Positions 28,897 through 38,791 of a stretch of DNA of 64,000 nt are shown here, piece by piece. This stretch comes from Myxococcales bacterium (GTDB lineage Bacteria; Desulfobacterota; Binatia; HRBIN30). Within the stretch, counting starts at the first letter, position 1; every line of letters begins with the position of its first letter. The notes beneath the pieces were generated by a model. That model searched no databases. It worked only from the letters and a program-made list of their open reading frames with translations, and was not told the origin of the DNA. The translations under genes and the position numbers were made by a program. The stretch covers positions 11,938-75,937 of the forward strand of contig JBBILD010000019.1 in the NCBI GenBank assembly GCA_037445065.1, in the 5' to 3' direction.

Positions 28897-30084
28897 ATGC
28901 TCTGGTTGGCGACCCTTGTGGTTTGCGCGGGCTGTCCGTATGCGACCATTCAGCAGGCGCTCGACGCAGCGGAGCCTGGCGATACAGTCCGGGTGCAGGC
29001 GGGGGTTTACCGGGAAAGCGTGCGCATAAGCCGAGAAGTACGCCTGGTCGGCGAGGGCGCTGTGATTGACGGGGAGTTCGCCCGCGATCCGATCGTGATC
29101 GCGGCAGATCAGGTCAGCGTGGAAGGCTTCGAGATCCGCCGCTCGCGGCGCGATTTGCTGCGTGATACGGCGGCAGTGCGGGTCGTGCGCAGCCACGGTT
29201 GTCGAATTGAGAACAACCGCTTCGTTGATAATTTTTTTGCGATCTACCTGGAGGAGGTAACGGGCTGTGTTGTGCGTGGGAACATGGTGGAGGGTGTTCC
29301 GCGCGGCGAGGGGATGTCCGCCAACGGCATCCACACTTGGAGCAGCAGCCGTTTGCGGATCGAAGGCAATCAGGTGCGAGGACACCGAGATGGTATTTAT
29401 CTAGAGTTCACTTCGCAGAGCGAGATCATTGGGAACGAGGCCACGGAGAACATCCGTTACGGGCTGCACTTCATGTACTCAGATGACAACCGCTTCTTAC
29501 GGAACCGTTTCTTCTCCAACGGGGCTGGGGTGGCCGTGATGTATTCCAATCGGGTGGGTATCGAGGACAATGAGTTTTCGCGCCACCAAGGGCGCGCCAG
29601 CTACGGGCTCTTGCTCAAGGAAATCTCGCGCAGTGTTCTCCGGCGGAATCGCTTTTTCGACAATTCCACCGCCGTCCACTTCGATGGCAGTCAGAGAAAT
29701 CAGGTCGCGCACAACCTGTTTCGCGCCAATGGCCTAGCTGTTTCGCTTTGGGCCAGTGCCGAAGAAAACCGCTTCGAGGGCAACATCTTCGAAGCGAATC
29801 TCTTCGATTTCCACACCAACAGCAGTGGTCCGACGACCAACCGCCTGCAAGGGAACTACTTCAGCGGGTACCTCGGTTATGATCTCGACCGCGATGGATT
29901 CGGGGACCTTCCGTATCGGCCGTTTTCGTACTCGGCTGTTTTGTTGGCTCGTTACCCGTTGGCGGGGTTGCTGGCCAAGAGCGCGTTTTTCGAACTCTTG
30001 GATTTGAGCGAGCGCTTGCTGCCCTCGCTTGTCCCGGCGCAATTGGTCGATGAACATCCGCTCATGCACCGCCCCACCTCCTGA
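28897..30084 (+). CDS. nosD: NosD periplasmic maturation protein
   Basis: TIQQALDAAEPGDT, GHRDGIYLEF, RYGLHFMYS, GVAVMYS, GYDLDRDGFGDLPYRP. Confidence 0.95.
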   Translation: MLWLATLVVCAGCPYATIQQALDAAEPGDTVRVQAGVYRESVRISREVRLVGEGAVIDGEFARDPIVIAADQVSVEGFEIRRSRRDLLRDTAAVRVVRSHGCRIENNRFVDNFFAIYLEEVTGCVVRGNMVEGVPRGEGMSANGIHTWSSSRLRIEGNQVRGHRDGIYLEFTSQSEIIGNEATENIRYGLHFMYSDDNRFLRNRFFSNGAGVAVMYSNRVGIEDNEFSRHQGRASYGLLLKEISRSVLRRNRFFDNSTAVHFDGSQRNQVAHNLFRANGLAVSLWASAEENRFEGNIFEANLFDFHTNSSGPTTNRLQGNYFSGYLGYDLDRDGFGDLPYRPFSYSAVLLARYPLAGLLAKSAFFELLDLSERLLPSLVPAQLVDEHPLMHRPTS

Positions 30085-30089
30085 GAGCC

Positions 30090-30797
30090 ATGACGAAGCT
30101 TTCGCTGGTGCAAGTTCGGAAGACGTACCGCGCGGTTTGCGCCCTGCACGACGTCAGCTTCGAGGCCCCCGCAGGTCAGGTCACCGCACTTGTCGGGCCG
30201 AACGCGAGCGGCAAGACCACCTTGATGAAAATCATCTTGGGACTGGTACGAGCAGATCGTGGAGCCATCTTGTGGGAGGAGCGCCCGCTCGCGGATTATG
30301 GCCGCTTTCAGCGTCTTTTGGGCTACATGCCGCAGATACCCAATTTTCCGGTTTATCTCACCCCAGCCGAAGTTACGCGGATTGTGGCCCAGCTCCGCGG
30401 GCATCGCTTGGCTGGATTCGAACACTTGGCAGAATCTTTCCGCCTCGCCCCTTTTTGGCATCGGCCAATCGGGAAACTCTCCTTAGGCACAAGGCAAAAA
30501 CTCAGTGCGGTGCTGGCCTTAGGCGTGGAGGCTCAGATCCTGATCCTCGACGAGCCGACTGTAGGGTTCGATCCGGCTGCCGCGGTTGTCTTCCGGCGGC
30601 TTGTGGCGCGGAAGAAAGAGGAGGGAGCCACGGTTCTGTTCGTCTCTCATTTGGTGCAAGAGGTGGAATCAATCGCGGATCGGGTCGTGTTTCTTGAAGA
30701 AGGCCGGGTGAGATTCGCCGGATCGCGTCCGGAGCTACAAGCGAGGACTGGAGCCCGTTCTTTAGAGGAGGCCGTACTATCTTTTTACGATTGCTGA
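30090..30797 (+). CDS. nosF: NosF ABC ATPase
   Basis: Walker A GPNASGKTT, LSLGTRQK, LILDEPT; between nosD and nosY. Confidence 0.92.
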   Translation: MTKLSLVQVRKTYRAVCALHDVSFEAPAGQVTALVGPNASGKTTLMKIILGLVRADRGAILWEERPLADYGRFQRLLGYMPQIPNFPVYLTPAEVTRIVAQLRGHRLAGFEHLAESFRLAPFWHRPIGKLSLGTRQKLSAVLALGVEAQILILDEPTVGFDPAAAVVFRRLVARKKEEGATVLFVSHLVQEVESIADRVVFLEEGRVRFAGSRPELQARTGARSLEEAVLSFYDC

Positions 30798-31519
30798 CAT
30801 ACGAGCTGCGGAACCTGGCTCGTTCGCGCTGGATTTATGGGTACGCCGGGGTGTTTTGGGCTGCTTCGTTCCTGACCTTTTCCTTTGCGGAGGGAGCGGA
30901 GCAGGCGCTGTTGAGCCTGACGCATTGGAACTTGTTGGCTGTGCCCTTGGTGAGTGCGATTGGCGCCGCGAATGCGGTTTACGGGCGTCGACGCTTCGAT
31001 GAGTTTTTACTGACCCAACCTGTCTCGCGCAGCGCGGTGTTTTTCTCCTCGGCCGGAGCCCTCGTATTGGGCTTGGTATCGGCGTTTGCCCTACCCGTGG
31101 GGGGCTTGTGTCTGCTTGCAGAATCACCCGGGGGCGTCAGCGCGCGAATGGTAGCAGGCGGAAGTGCAGTGGCTGCGGTGTTTGTCATGCTTGGTACAGC
31201 AGTGGGGCTTGCCGTAGAGGATCGCGCGCGCGGGCTAGGATTGCTCTTGCTGATTTGGATCATTGCCAGCGTGGTGTACGACGCGCTTCTCTTGTACGCG
31301 ATTGCGATGCTCGAGGACTATCCGATTGAGCCATTCCTGACCGTTGCCGTCTGGGTAAACCCGGTCGACGCGGTTCGCTTGCTCCTGTATCAGGACTTAG
31401 GTTTGCGGTTTCTTTTGCCCGTTACGTTACCGGAATGGTCCGTTTGGGCCGGCCTTGCGGGTTGGCTTGGCGCCGTCAGCCTTTGTACCTGGTTGATGGC
31501 TTTGCGCAAGGACTACTGA
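30791..31519 (+). CDS. nosY: NosY ABC permease
   Basis: Multi-TM; VPLVS...EFLLTQPVSRS...YD...DYPIE...NPVDAVR. Confidence 0.88.
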   Translation: MLTYELRNLARSRWIYGYAGVFWAASFLTFSFAEGAEQALLSLTHWNLLAVPLVSAIGAANAVYGRRRFDEFLLTQPVSRSAVFFSSAGALVLGLVSAFALPVGGLCLLAESPGGVSARMVAGGSAVAAVFVMLGTAVGLAVEDRARGLGLLLLIWIIASVVYDALLLYAIAMLEDYPIEPFLTVAVWVNPVDAVRLLLYQDLGLRFLLPVTLPEWSVWAGLAGWLGAVSLCTWLMALRKDY

Positions 31520-31560
31520 GCTCGACTCTTGGCAACCCTAGTTTCGAGCCGTTCCCAAGT

Positions 31561-32133
31561 TCAGTCGCACACGTTGACCACGATATCCACGCGCCGATTT
31601 TGCCTCCGGCCCTCCGGATTATCCGATCCGTCCGGCTTGGTGTTCGGAGCTACCGGCCTTCGTTTGCCGTAGCCTTTGACGGTCACCTGACCAGGCTTGA
31701 GGAAACCCCGCTCGATAAACCAGTCTCGCACCATTTGTGCTCGGCGCTCGCTCAACCGGTCGTTCACAGAATCCGGGCCCAGACTGTCGGTGTGGCCTTC
31801 GATCAACACTGTGTGATTCTGTGCCTTTTGCTGAAGGATGGCGCCGGCAACTTGCAGAGAAAGCTCTGCTTCGAGACCCAAGTCGGCGCTTTCGAACTCG
31901 AACAGGGTGTCAGAAGCCAAGGTGAGTCGTTCCTCGCAGCCACTTGCGTTCGGGCCGCTTCCCGTTTGGCTGACGGCGGAACGGCTCTCTCTCCCGGCGG
32001 CCCCAGGCTCCTGCTGCGCATAGGCTGCAGGGAAAGGGACCAGGCCACGCGTTAAGATTAGAACCACGGCACAGTCTCTTGCTGACCGTAAGACCAGCCA
32101 CCGCAGTTTGGCGGATCCAAAAGCACGGCGCAT
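31561..32133 (-). CDS. OmpA-family peptidoglycan-binding protein
   Basis: DTLFEFESADL, IEGHTDS, LSERRA, GYGKRRPVAPN...GRRQNRRVDI. Confidence 0.9.
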   Translation of the reverse strand: MRRAFGSAKLRWLVLRSARDCAVVLILTRGLVPFPAAYAQQEPGAAGRESRSAVSQTGSGPNASGCEERLTLASDTLFEFESADLGLEAELSLQVAGAILQQKAQNHTVLIEGHTDSLGPDSVNDRLSERRAQMVRDWFIERGFLKPGQVTVKGYGKRRPVAPNTKPDGSDNPEGRRQNRRVDIVVNVCD

Positions 32134-32210
32134 GGTGCTCACCCTCGCAACTGCAATCTTCCTCCAGTTAGGCGGGGCGAGTCAACCGAAACTTGCGCTG
32201 GCGTTGCGCC

Positions 32211-34223
32211 TCAGCCGCGAGTGCGAATCTCCACCCAAGTCTCGTTGTTGGTGGGATCGGGTTCCGTGTTGCCGGGATGAACAGTTTCGACACGTAGGAG
32301 GAGTAAACAGGAGGATCCGGCCAGACGAGAAACGGATAGCTCCACGCGCGCCGCTCGGGTGCGTCCCGGGGCCACGAGAGCGACGTTCTGGGCTCCAGGT
32401 AGACGGGACTCGAAGTCGGCTTCCCCGACCACGGTTCCCGCTGGGCAGGTGCCGTCCATGGCCAGCAAGCGCACGAGGTGTCCAAACGGCTCTTCGACCA
32501 CTGACGGGTCTCCATTTCGTACCCGCACGCGCAAGACGCGCTTCGACGCCGTTTGGGAACCGCGAAAGCGAACCGAAAGCGGTTCCCGCGGAAGCACCGC
32601 TGATTCGTGTGCAGTGTGCGTCGAGGGCGGAAGCACGGCGCGAACTTCTACCGCACGGGAGGTAGTTAGGGACCCGTCGGACGCGGTCAGCACGATGCGG
32701 TACGTACCGGGAAGAGGGAATAGGTGGCCGGGGTTGGCGCCCGTGACCGTGCGGTCCGGTGCCTCGAAGGTCCACCGAAGGCTCAGCGGGTCCCCATCCA
32801 CATCCGCAGATCCGTAAGGGGAAACCCGAAACCACTGGCCTGCCACGACTTCGCGCGTGGGCCCCGGATCCGGCCACGGGGCATGGTTCCATACTGTGAA
32901 GGCGGACTCCGTGGCTCCTCGATCAGGGCGCTGCCCGAGAGGGCGGCGTTGTTGCCGTGCATCGTCCGGCACTTCTGACTGAGTATCTGCTGAATCGACC
33001 GCTGGACTGTCAGCGCTCAGTTGATAGAGGTCCTCGCTCGATTCGAAACTCGGGTCCATTGCGTAGGTTCCGAAGCCAAGGCCTGTGGCTGCACGGTACG
33101 GCCCCGCGTTGACATCCTGCCCTGAGAATTGCCGCCGCCCACTGCGATCCTGCAGGACCACCAAAGCTTCCGTGGAATCGGGCCGAAACATCAGATTGAA
33201 CGACTCCTCGAGGGAAACCCCGGCTTCGGCCTCGAGCACTTTCCCCGTGCCTACCAAGATCGAGTTACGCAGCGAGACGCGGTAGCTCCCAGGGCCGAAT
33301 CCAGGCAACGGCGAGTACAGAAGCACTTGCTGCTGGGAGTTGTCCGCAAAGGTCCCGTGCTCGAGTGTGAGGGTGCTGAGCTCAGGGTCAGCGGCTGTCA
33401 CCGATACGCCTACTCGGTTTTGTGCGGAAATCAAATTCTCTCCGCGGCCACCGCGAAAGAACTTGAAGCCGCTGCAACCGTTCGCGGTACTGACGCTGCG
33501 GCGTACGATCACGGGGCCTTGGAAGTCGAAACCGTCTTCTCCATTCGCGAAGGCGCGGCAGTCTTCGATGAGGATGGCGTCGGTGTCTGCAGCCACCACG
33601 AAGCCATCCGCGTCCCCGGCGCAACCGCGCCCGTCGTCGTTGCGATCGGCCTGGCTGGCGCGGATGGTCACCTCTCGGCTCCCTTGATAGATGCGCACCC
33701 CATGTGCGGAATTTCCGGAAAAGACGCAGCGTTCTACGACCACTCGTTCCGCACCCGCAATCCACAACCCGGCCCGGTTTCCCGTGATCCGGCAATCCTC
33801 GATGCGAATGTCGTGGCTCCCAGGCCGCAGGAACAGAGTCTCATGGTACCCACCGCTGGCCTGAATGCCGTGGAATGAGACGTGACCCACGTCGCCTCGC
33901 ACATCGAAAGCAGAGAGGCTGGCGCTGGGATCTGGGCTGACGAGTTCCGCTCCCGGCTCGGCCGAGATGAGGACCGGCGCTTGGGGTGTGCCGCCACGGC
34001 TCAAGACGACCGCCTCCGCATACGTGCCAGGCAAAATCACCAAGGTATCCCCTGGCGAGAGCACGGAAGCGCCGTGCTGTACGGAACGAAAAGGGGTTTC
34101 GATGGTGCCACTTGCGCTGTCAGAGCCAGAGGGGCTCACGTAAAAGGTCGCGGCTAAGAGCGGCGAGCGCGAAGCGATGGACAACGCGAGTACGCCCACG
34201 ACGACCACGAAGCGGCGGACCAT
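32211..34223 (-). CDS. Secreted right-handed beta-helix (DUF1565-like) protein with PKD domain and conserved C-terminal domain
   Basis: Signal peptide; ATFYVSPSGSDSASGT..PFRSVQ; ADGF/EDGFD repeats; DVDGDPLSLRWTF...PGTYRIVLTASDG (PKD); tail EPDPTNNET. Confidence 0.85.
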   Translation of the reverse strand: MVRRFVVVVGVLALSIASRSPLLAATFYVSPSGSDSASGTIETPFRSVQHGASVLSPGDTLVILPGTYAEAVVLSRGGTPQAPVLISAEPGAELVSPDPSASLSAFDVRGDVGHVSFHGIQASGGYHETLFLRPGSHDIRIEDCRITGNRAGLWIAGAERVVVERCVFSGNSAHGVRIYQGSREVTIRASQADRNDDGRGCAGDADGFVVAADTDAILIEDCRAFANGEDGFDFQGPVIVRRSVSTANGCSGFKFFRGGRGENLISAQNRVGVSVTAADPELSTLTLEHGTFADNSQQQVLLYSPLPGFGPGSYRVSLRNSILVGTGKVLEAEAGVSLEESFNLMFRPDSTEALVVLQDRSGRRQFSGQDVNAGPYRAATGLGFGTYAMDPSFESSEDLYQLSADSPAVDSADTQSEVPDDARQQRRPLGQRPDRGATESAFTVWNHAPWPDPGPTREVVAGQWFRVSPYGSADVDGDPLSLRWTFEAPDRTVTGANPGHLFPLPGTYRIVLTASDGSLTTSRAVEVRAVLPPSTHTAHESAVLPREPLSVRFRGSQTASKRVLRVRVRNGDPSVVEEPFGHLVRLLAMDGTCPAGTVVGEADFESRLPGAQNVALVAPGRTRAARVELSVSRLAGSSCLLLLRVETVHPGNTEPDPTNNETWVEIRTRG

Positions 34224-34362
34224 AAGCCGCTCGATCTGCGAGACTCATGCCTAACCTTGTTGGGTCAGGCTGCCGCGGCCTGTGGCAAACTTGAGGCGTG
34301 AGTTACCGGTGAGAGAGTGACATGCGGCCGTTCTCGGAGCAGGTTGAGTGGCGCCCCGCTCC

Positions 34363-34809
34363 TCAGCGGACTGGCCTGCCCGCGAGTTCGGCATCGGGTT
34401 GGAGGCAGAGCAGTCGCACCCTACCGGTGGCGACGATCCTACCTTCGGCATCCCGCGCGGTTGCTTCCCATAGCTGGCTCCTCCGGCCGCGGGTGATCGG
34501 CGTTGCTGTCACGCGAATCGTGCCCGAGCGAACCGCCCGGACGAAGCTGGTGTGGTTTTCCACCCCGACCACAGCCAGGCCTCGCTCGAGTGCATCCAGA
34601 CCTGCGCCCGTGGAGCACGCCGTTTCCACGGCGCCGCAGTGCACGCCTCCGTGTACAATCCCATACGGTTGCAGGTGGCGCTCGTCCACATCGTATTCGA
34701 GAATGACCTGGTCGCGCGTCGCCGAGACGATGCGGATGCCGAGGGTCTGGTCGTACCCACCCATTCGCTGGCGGATTTGCTCGCTAAAATCGGAGGATTG
34801 CTCGCTCAT
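34363..34809 (-). CDS. PaaI-family hotdog thioesterase
   Basis: HLQPYGIVHGGVHC..VET; GVENHTSFVRAV. Confidence 0.92.
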   Translation of the reverse strand: MSEQSSDFSEQIRQRMGGYDQTLGIRIVSATRDQVILEYDVDERHLQPYGIVHGGVHCGAVETACSTGAGLDALERGLAVVGVENHTSFVRAVRSGTIRVTATPITRGRRSQLWEATARDAEGRIVATGRVRLLCLQPDAELAGRPVR

Positions 34810-34919
34810 GGGGCCACGTATATCGCAAAAAGAGCAGGCAACGGCGAGAGGCTAAGCGCGGGGACCCGCAGCGCGAGGCGTCGCGGGTCCCGTTGCTCGG
34901 CGATGAACGGAGGAGGTTT

Positions 34920-36452
34920 ATGTTCGGTGCGAGGACGAAGTGTTGGGGGAAAGCTGCGGGGCTGGTGTTGGTATTCTGGCTGCTCGTTAGTCCGGCTGGG
35001 GCCAAGGGGCCCGAGACGTTTGGGTTCGAAGATGTGGTGGAACGCGCACGCAAGCTGGCTCGTGAGCCGTTTCGTGACAGCAAGGAGCGGGTGCCCCAGT
35101 GGATGCTGGACATGACGTACGACCAATGGCGGGACATCCGCTTTCGCCCAGAGCATGCGCTGTGGCGCTCGGAGGGTCTCCCGTTCGAGGTTCAGTTCTT
35201 TCACCTCGGCCTCTATTACCCGCGGCCGGTGTCCGTCAACGTCGTGGACCAAGGCCGGGTTGAGCACGTGCGGTTTTCCCCTGCGCTGTTCGATTATGGC
35301 AAGAACACATTCGCGGCGGCCATTCCTGACGACATCGGCTTTGCGGGGTTCCGGCTGCACTACCCGATCAAGCGACCGGATTATAAGGATGAAGTGATCG
35401 TTTTCCTCGGGGCGAGTTACTTTCGAGCCTTGGGGCGAGAGCAAGTTTACGGGCTGTCCGCACGCGGCATTGCGATCGACACCTTGGCTCCGCAGGGAGA
35501 AGAGTTCCCGTACTTCGTCGAGTTTTGGCTTGTGAAACCAGCCCCGGATGCGACCGAGATTTCCCTCTACGCTTTGTTAGATGGACCGAGCGTTACCGGG
35601 GCGTATCGTTTCCGCATTGTGCCCGGAGAACAGACGCGGACGGATGTGGACGCGCGACTCTTCTTCCGCCGTGAGGTCGGTAAGCTCGGTCTTGCCCCGC
35701 TCACGAGCATGTTCTTTCACGGCGAAAACACGCCACGCTGCTTCAACGATTTCCGGCCGGAGGTGCATGACTCTGATGGCTTGCTGCTGTGGGCGCGGGG
35801 GGGCGAGTGGTTGTGGCGGCCGCTGGATAATCCCGCTGCATTGCAGATCAGTGCCTTCGAGCTGCACGACCCCCGCGGGTTCGGGCTGATGCAGCGAGAC
35901 CGAGATTTTGAGAACTATCAGGATTTGGAAGCGCGCTCCGAGTTGCGCCCCAGTGCCTGGCAAGAGTTACACGGGGATTGGGGCAAGGGGCATGTCGAAC
36001 TCATTGAATTGCCCACGGACTCGGACATCCACGACAACGTGGTCGCGTTCTGGCGGCCGGCGCGTCCTCCCCGCGCTGGCGATTCGCTGCGCATTTCTTA
36101 CACAGTATTTTGGTACGGAGATGACCCGACGCGCCCGCCAGCAGGGCGGGTGTTGGCGACTCGCCAAGAACGCACGAAAGAGGGGAGCCAACGGTTCGTG
36201 ATTGATTTTGGACGCGGAACCTTGGAAAGCCTTGGCGCGGATCGTCCCGTCGAGGGGGTGGTGACGGTCGCTTCTCGCCCCGAAACAGGGCAGATCGTTG
36301 AACAGCACGTTCTCAAGAATCCCGTGAACGGTTCCTGGAGGTTGAGCTTCCAGGTGCGCCCGTCGGGCACAGGGCCGGTCGAGTTGCGCGCCTTCTTGAA
36401 GCTTGGCAAGGATGTGCTGACCGAGACGTGGTCGTATTCTTTGGTGCCGTGA
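34920..36452 (+). CDS. opgG: Glucan biosynthesis protein G/D (OpgG/MdoG family)
   Basis: YDQWRDIRFRPE, FLGASYFRA, YGLSARGIAIDT, RPEVHDSDGL, DNVVAFW, ETWSY. Confidence 0.93.
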   Translation: MFGARTKCWGKAAGLVLVFWLLVSPAGAKGPETFGFEDVVERARKLAREPFRDSKERVPQWMLDMTYDQWRDIRFRPEHALWRSEGLPFEVQFFHLGLYYPRPVSVNVVDQGRVEHVRFSPALFDYGKNTFAAAIPDDIGFAGFRLHYPIKRPDYKDEVIVFLGASYFRALGREQVYGLSARGIAIDTLAPQGEEFPYFVEFWLVKPAPDATEISLYALLDGPSVTGAYRFRIVPGEQTRTDVDARLFFRREVGKLGLAPLTSMFFHGENTPRCFNDFRPEVHDSDGLLLWARGGEWLWRPLDNPAALQISAFELHDPRGFGLMQRDRDFENYQDLEARSELRPSAWQELHGDWGKGHVELIELPTDSDIHDNVVAFWRPARPPRAGDSLRISYTVFWYGDDPTRPPAGRVLATRQERTKEGSQRFVIDFGRGTLESLGADRPVEGVVTVASRPETGQIVEQHVLKNPVNGSWRLSFQVRPSGTGPVELRAFLKLGKDVLTETWSYSLVP

Positions 36453-36589
36453 CACCAACCGCGCAAAGATTTCCTCGCTCCGCTACGCTCTTCGGGATTC
36501 CGCGTAGAGAACCCGTCGCTGGCTATCGAGCCAGATGGCGGCGCAGAGTTGGAAGCCCGCCCGAGTCAGGAATACGAAAGAGCGCGCGT

Positions 36590-36605
36590 CGGCATGTGAT
36601 TCGCG
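36590..36605 (+). promoter_or_regulatory. Possible sigma54 promoter upstream of the AOR gene
   Basis: CGGCATGTGATTCGCG = GG-N10-GC, imperfect flanks. Confidence 0.3.
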
Positions 36606-36764
36606 GGGGTGAGTGTGGGGGTCGACGGAGCGGTGGCGACCGGTTAGAGCGTGCTTGCTTTTGCAACGCGAGAGCGGCACACAATGTCTGGCTCGGAACT
36701 ATCGAATGAAGGACGGAGACGTCGCGCGAGCACAGAACACAACCGCTGGCAGCAAGGGAGGAGT

Positions 36765-38477
36765 ATGATGGAAGAAAAAATCCTGCGCGTCGACATGACC
36801 ACTCTGACAGTGCGGAGCGAACCGTACCCAGAAGAATGGAAGTTCCTTGGAGGGCGGGGACTCTCGGCCAAGATTCTCCTGAAGGAAGTGGACCCGAAGT
36901 GCGACCCACTTGGCCCAGGAAATAAAGTGATTTTCGCACCGGGTGTTCTGTCGGGAACTATGGCCCCGACCTCTGGCAGAATGAGTGTGGGAGGAAAGAG
37001 CCCCCTTACCGGAGGGATCAAGGAAGCAAACTCCGGAGGCCAGCCGGGCCAGAAGCTCGCTCGTCTTGGCTACCGGGCTTTGATCGTCGAGGGAAAAGCA
37101 AAGGACCCGGACAAACGGTACATGGTGGTTGTGGACCGGAACGGCGCACGGATCGAGGAGTGCACGGACCTGAAGTTTCTGCGCACCTATGCCGCGGCGG
37201 AGCGCCTAGGCCAGCGGTTTTCTCAGCGGGCGGCTTTTGTCCTGTGTGGCCCTGCGGGGGAGAAAGGTTTCTCGGGAGCGAGCGTGGCGCTCACCGACGA
37301 AGGCAGCCGCCACCCCGCTCGGCACGCTGCGCGTGGGGGTCTCGGAGCGGCGATGGGGGCCAAGGGCCTCAAGGCAATTGTGGTTGACGACGAGGGCACC
37401 CAAGCGCGCGCGCCGAAACAGCCAGAGGATTTCAAAAAGTACGTGGCCAAGTTCACCAAGGAATACAAGGCTGGACCACAACTCTTTCAGTTCGGCACCT
37501 CGGCCACGGTGCCTCTGGCAAACATGATGAGCACGTTCCCCACGCGCAATCGGCGCGAAATGCAGTTCGAACACGCGGACAAGTTGGACGGCGCCCGCAT
37601 CGTGCAGAATTTTGCGACGCGTGGCGGTGGCATGCACCACTGCATGAGCGGGTGTATCGTAAAGTGCTCGAATGTCGTGCACGGACCGGATGGTAAGTAC
37701 GTCACCTCAGCGCTGGAGTTCGAAACCTTGGCGCTCTGCGGCGCAAACTGCTTGATCGGCGATTTAGACCATGTCGCCCGCATTGACCGCATGTGCGACG
37801 AACTCGGCCTCGACACGATTGAGACCGGCGGCGCCATTGCTCTTGCCATGGACTGTGGAGCGATCCCATGGGGTGACGGAGAGGCGGTGCTGGCCTTGCT
37901 GGACCGGGTAGACAAAGGAGATGAACTTGCAGAAACCATTGCTTGCGGGGTGGTGGCTGTCGCAAAGCGGTTCGGGGTTACCGACCGTATCCCTGCCATC
38001 AATGGCCAGGGAATCCCCGCGTGGGAGCCACGCACCCTCAACGCAACCGGAATCACTTATGCGACCAGTGCCATGGGGGCCGATCATACGGCCGGCTTGG
38101 TGGTGACACCTGTGGAGGACATGGCGCGCGCTTCGCAGGAGGCGCAGCTGATCAACGCGCTGTGCGATTCGAGTGGTTTTTGCCAGTTTCAGCAACCCAC
38201 GATCGAAGATATTCGCACTCTGTACAACTATTACTTCGGGGCGAATCTGAGCTTCGAAGAAGCTGCGGATCTCGGCTGGCAGTGCATGGTGGACGAGTGG
38301 GAGTTCAACCGCCGCGCCGGGTTCAAACTGGAAGAGGCGGATTTGCCGGAGTGGCTGCGCAAAGAGCCGGTGCCATCGAATGGGGCCGTGTTCGCGGTGC
38401 CACGCGAGGAGATCCAGCGCGTATTTCAGCGGATGCCGATTTCCGACGAACTGCGCACCATGAAAGCCGTGGGGTAA
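36765..38477 (+). CDS. Aldehyde:ferredoxin oxidoreductase family (W/Mo-pterin) enzyme
   Basis: LGGRGL, KSPLTGGIKEANSGG, ARGGLGAAMGAKGLKAI, CMSGCIVKC, EFET, DELGLDTIE, GADHTAG, DSSGFCQF. Confidence 0.93.
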   Translation: MMEEKILRVDMTTLTVRSEPYPEEWKFLGGRGLSAKILLKEVDPKCDPLGPGNKVIFAPGVLSGTMAPTSGRMSVGGKSPLTGGIKEANSGGQPGQKLARLGYRALIVEGKAKDPDKRYMVVVDRNGARIEECTDLKFLRTYAAAERLGQRFSQRAAFVLCGPAGEKGFSGASVALTDEGSRHPARHAARGGLGAAMGAKGLKAIVVDDEGTQARAPKQPEDFKKYVAKFTKEYKAGPQLFQFGTSATVPLANMMSTFPTRNRREMQFEHADKLDGARIVQNFATRGGGMHHCMSGCIVKCSNVVHGPDGKYVTSALEFETLALCGANCLIGDLDHVARIDRMCDELGLDTIETGGAIALAMDCGAIPWGDGEAVLALLDRVDKGDELAETIACGVVAVAKRFGVTDRIPAINGQGIPAWEPRTLNATGITYATSAMGADHTAGLVVTPVEDMARASQEAQLINALCDSSGFCQFQQPTIEDIRTLYNYYFGANLSFEEAADLGWQCMVDEWEFNRRAGFKLEEADLPEWLRKEPVPSNGAVFAVPREEIQRVFQRMPISDELRTMKAVG

Positions 38478-38557
38478 GAATGCTGCTCGAGGCGAAGGTG
38501 GAAGCTGGACGTTCGGGTGGTCACTGTTAGGAGGGGACGGCGAGCAGGAGGTGGAGA

Positions 38558-38791
38558 GTGAAGCAGACAACGATTCGCGTCCTGCGGATGACGGTTGGAG
38601 TTGCCCTCGTGCTGCTCGGGATCGTTGGTCTCTTCCTACCCTTTTTACAGGGTGTGTTGTTCATCGTGGCGGGCCTGGCATTGCTAGGCCGGGAAAGCGA
38701 AAGAGTCCGCCGCTGGAACGAGTACCTGCGAGAGCAGTGGCGGCGACGGACAAGGCTGTCGAAAGGAGAGTCGTTTTATGGCAGCAGATGA
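38558..38791 (+). CDS. Small PGPGW-like membrane protein
   Basis: GVALVLLGIVGLFLPFLQGVLFIVAGLALL hairpin. Confidence 0.75.
   Translation: MKQTTIRVLRMTVGVALVLLGIVGLFLPFLQGVLFIVAGLALLGRESERVRRWNEYLREQWRRRTRLSKGESFYGSR

Noticed and set aside
36466..36500. REP-like fragment TTCCTCGCTCCGCTACGCTC after opgG
   Set aside because: Single imperfect copy; no second instance seen in the window.
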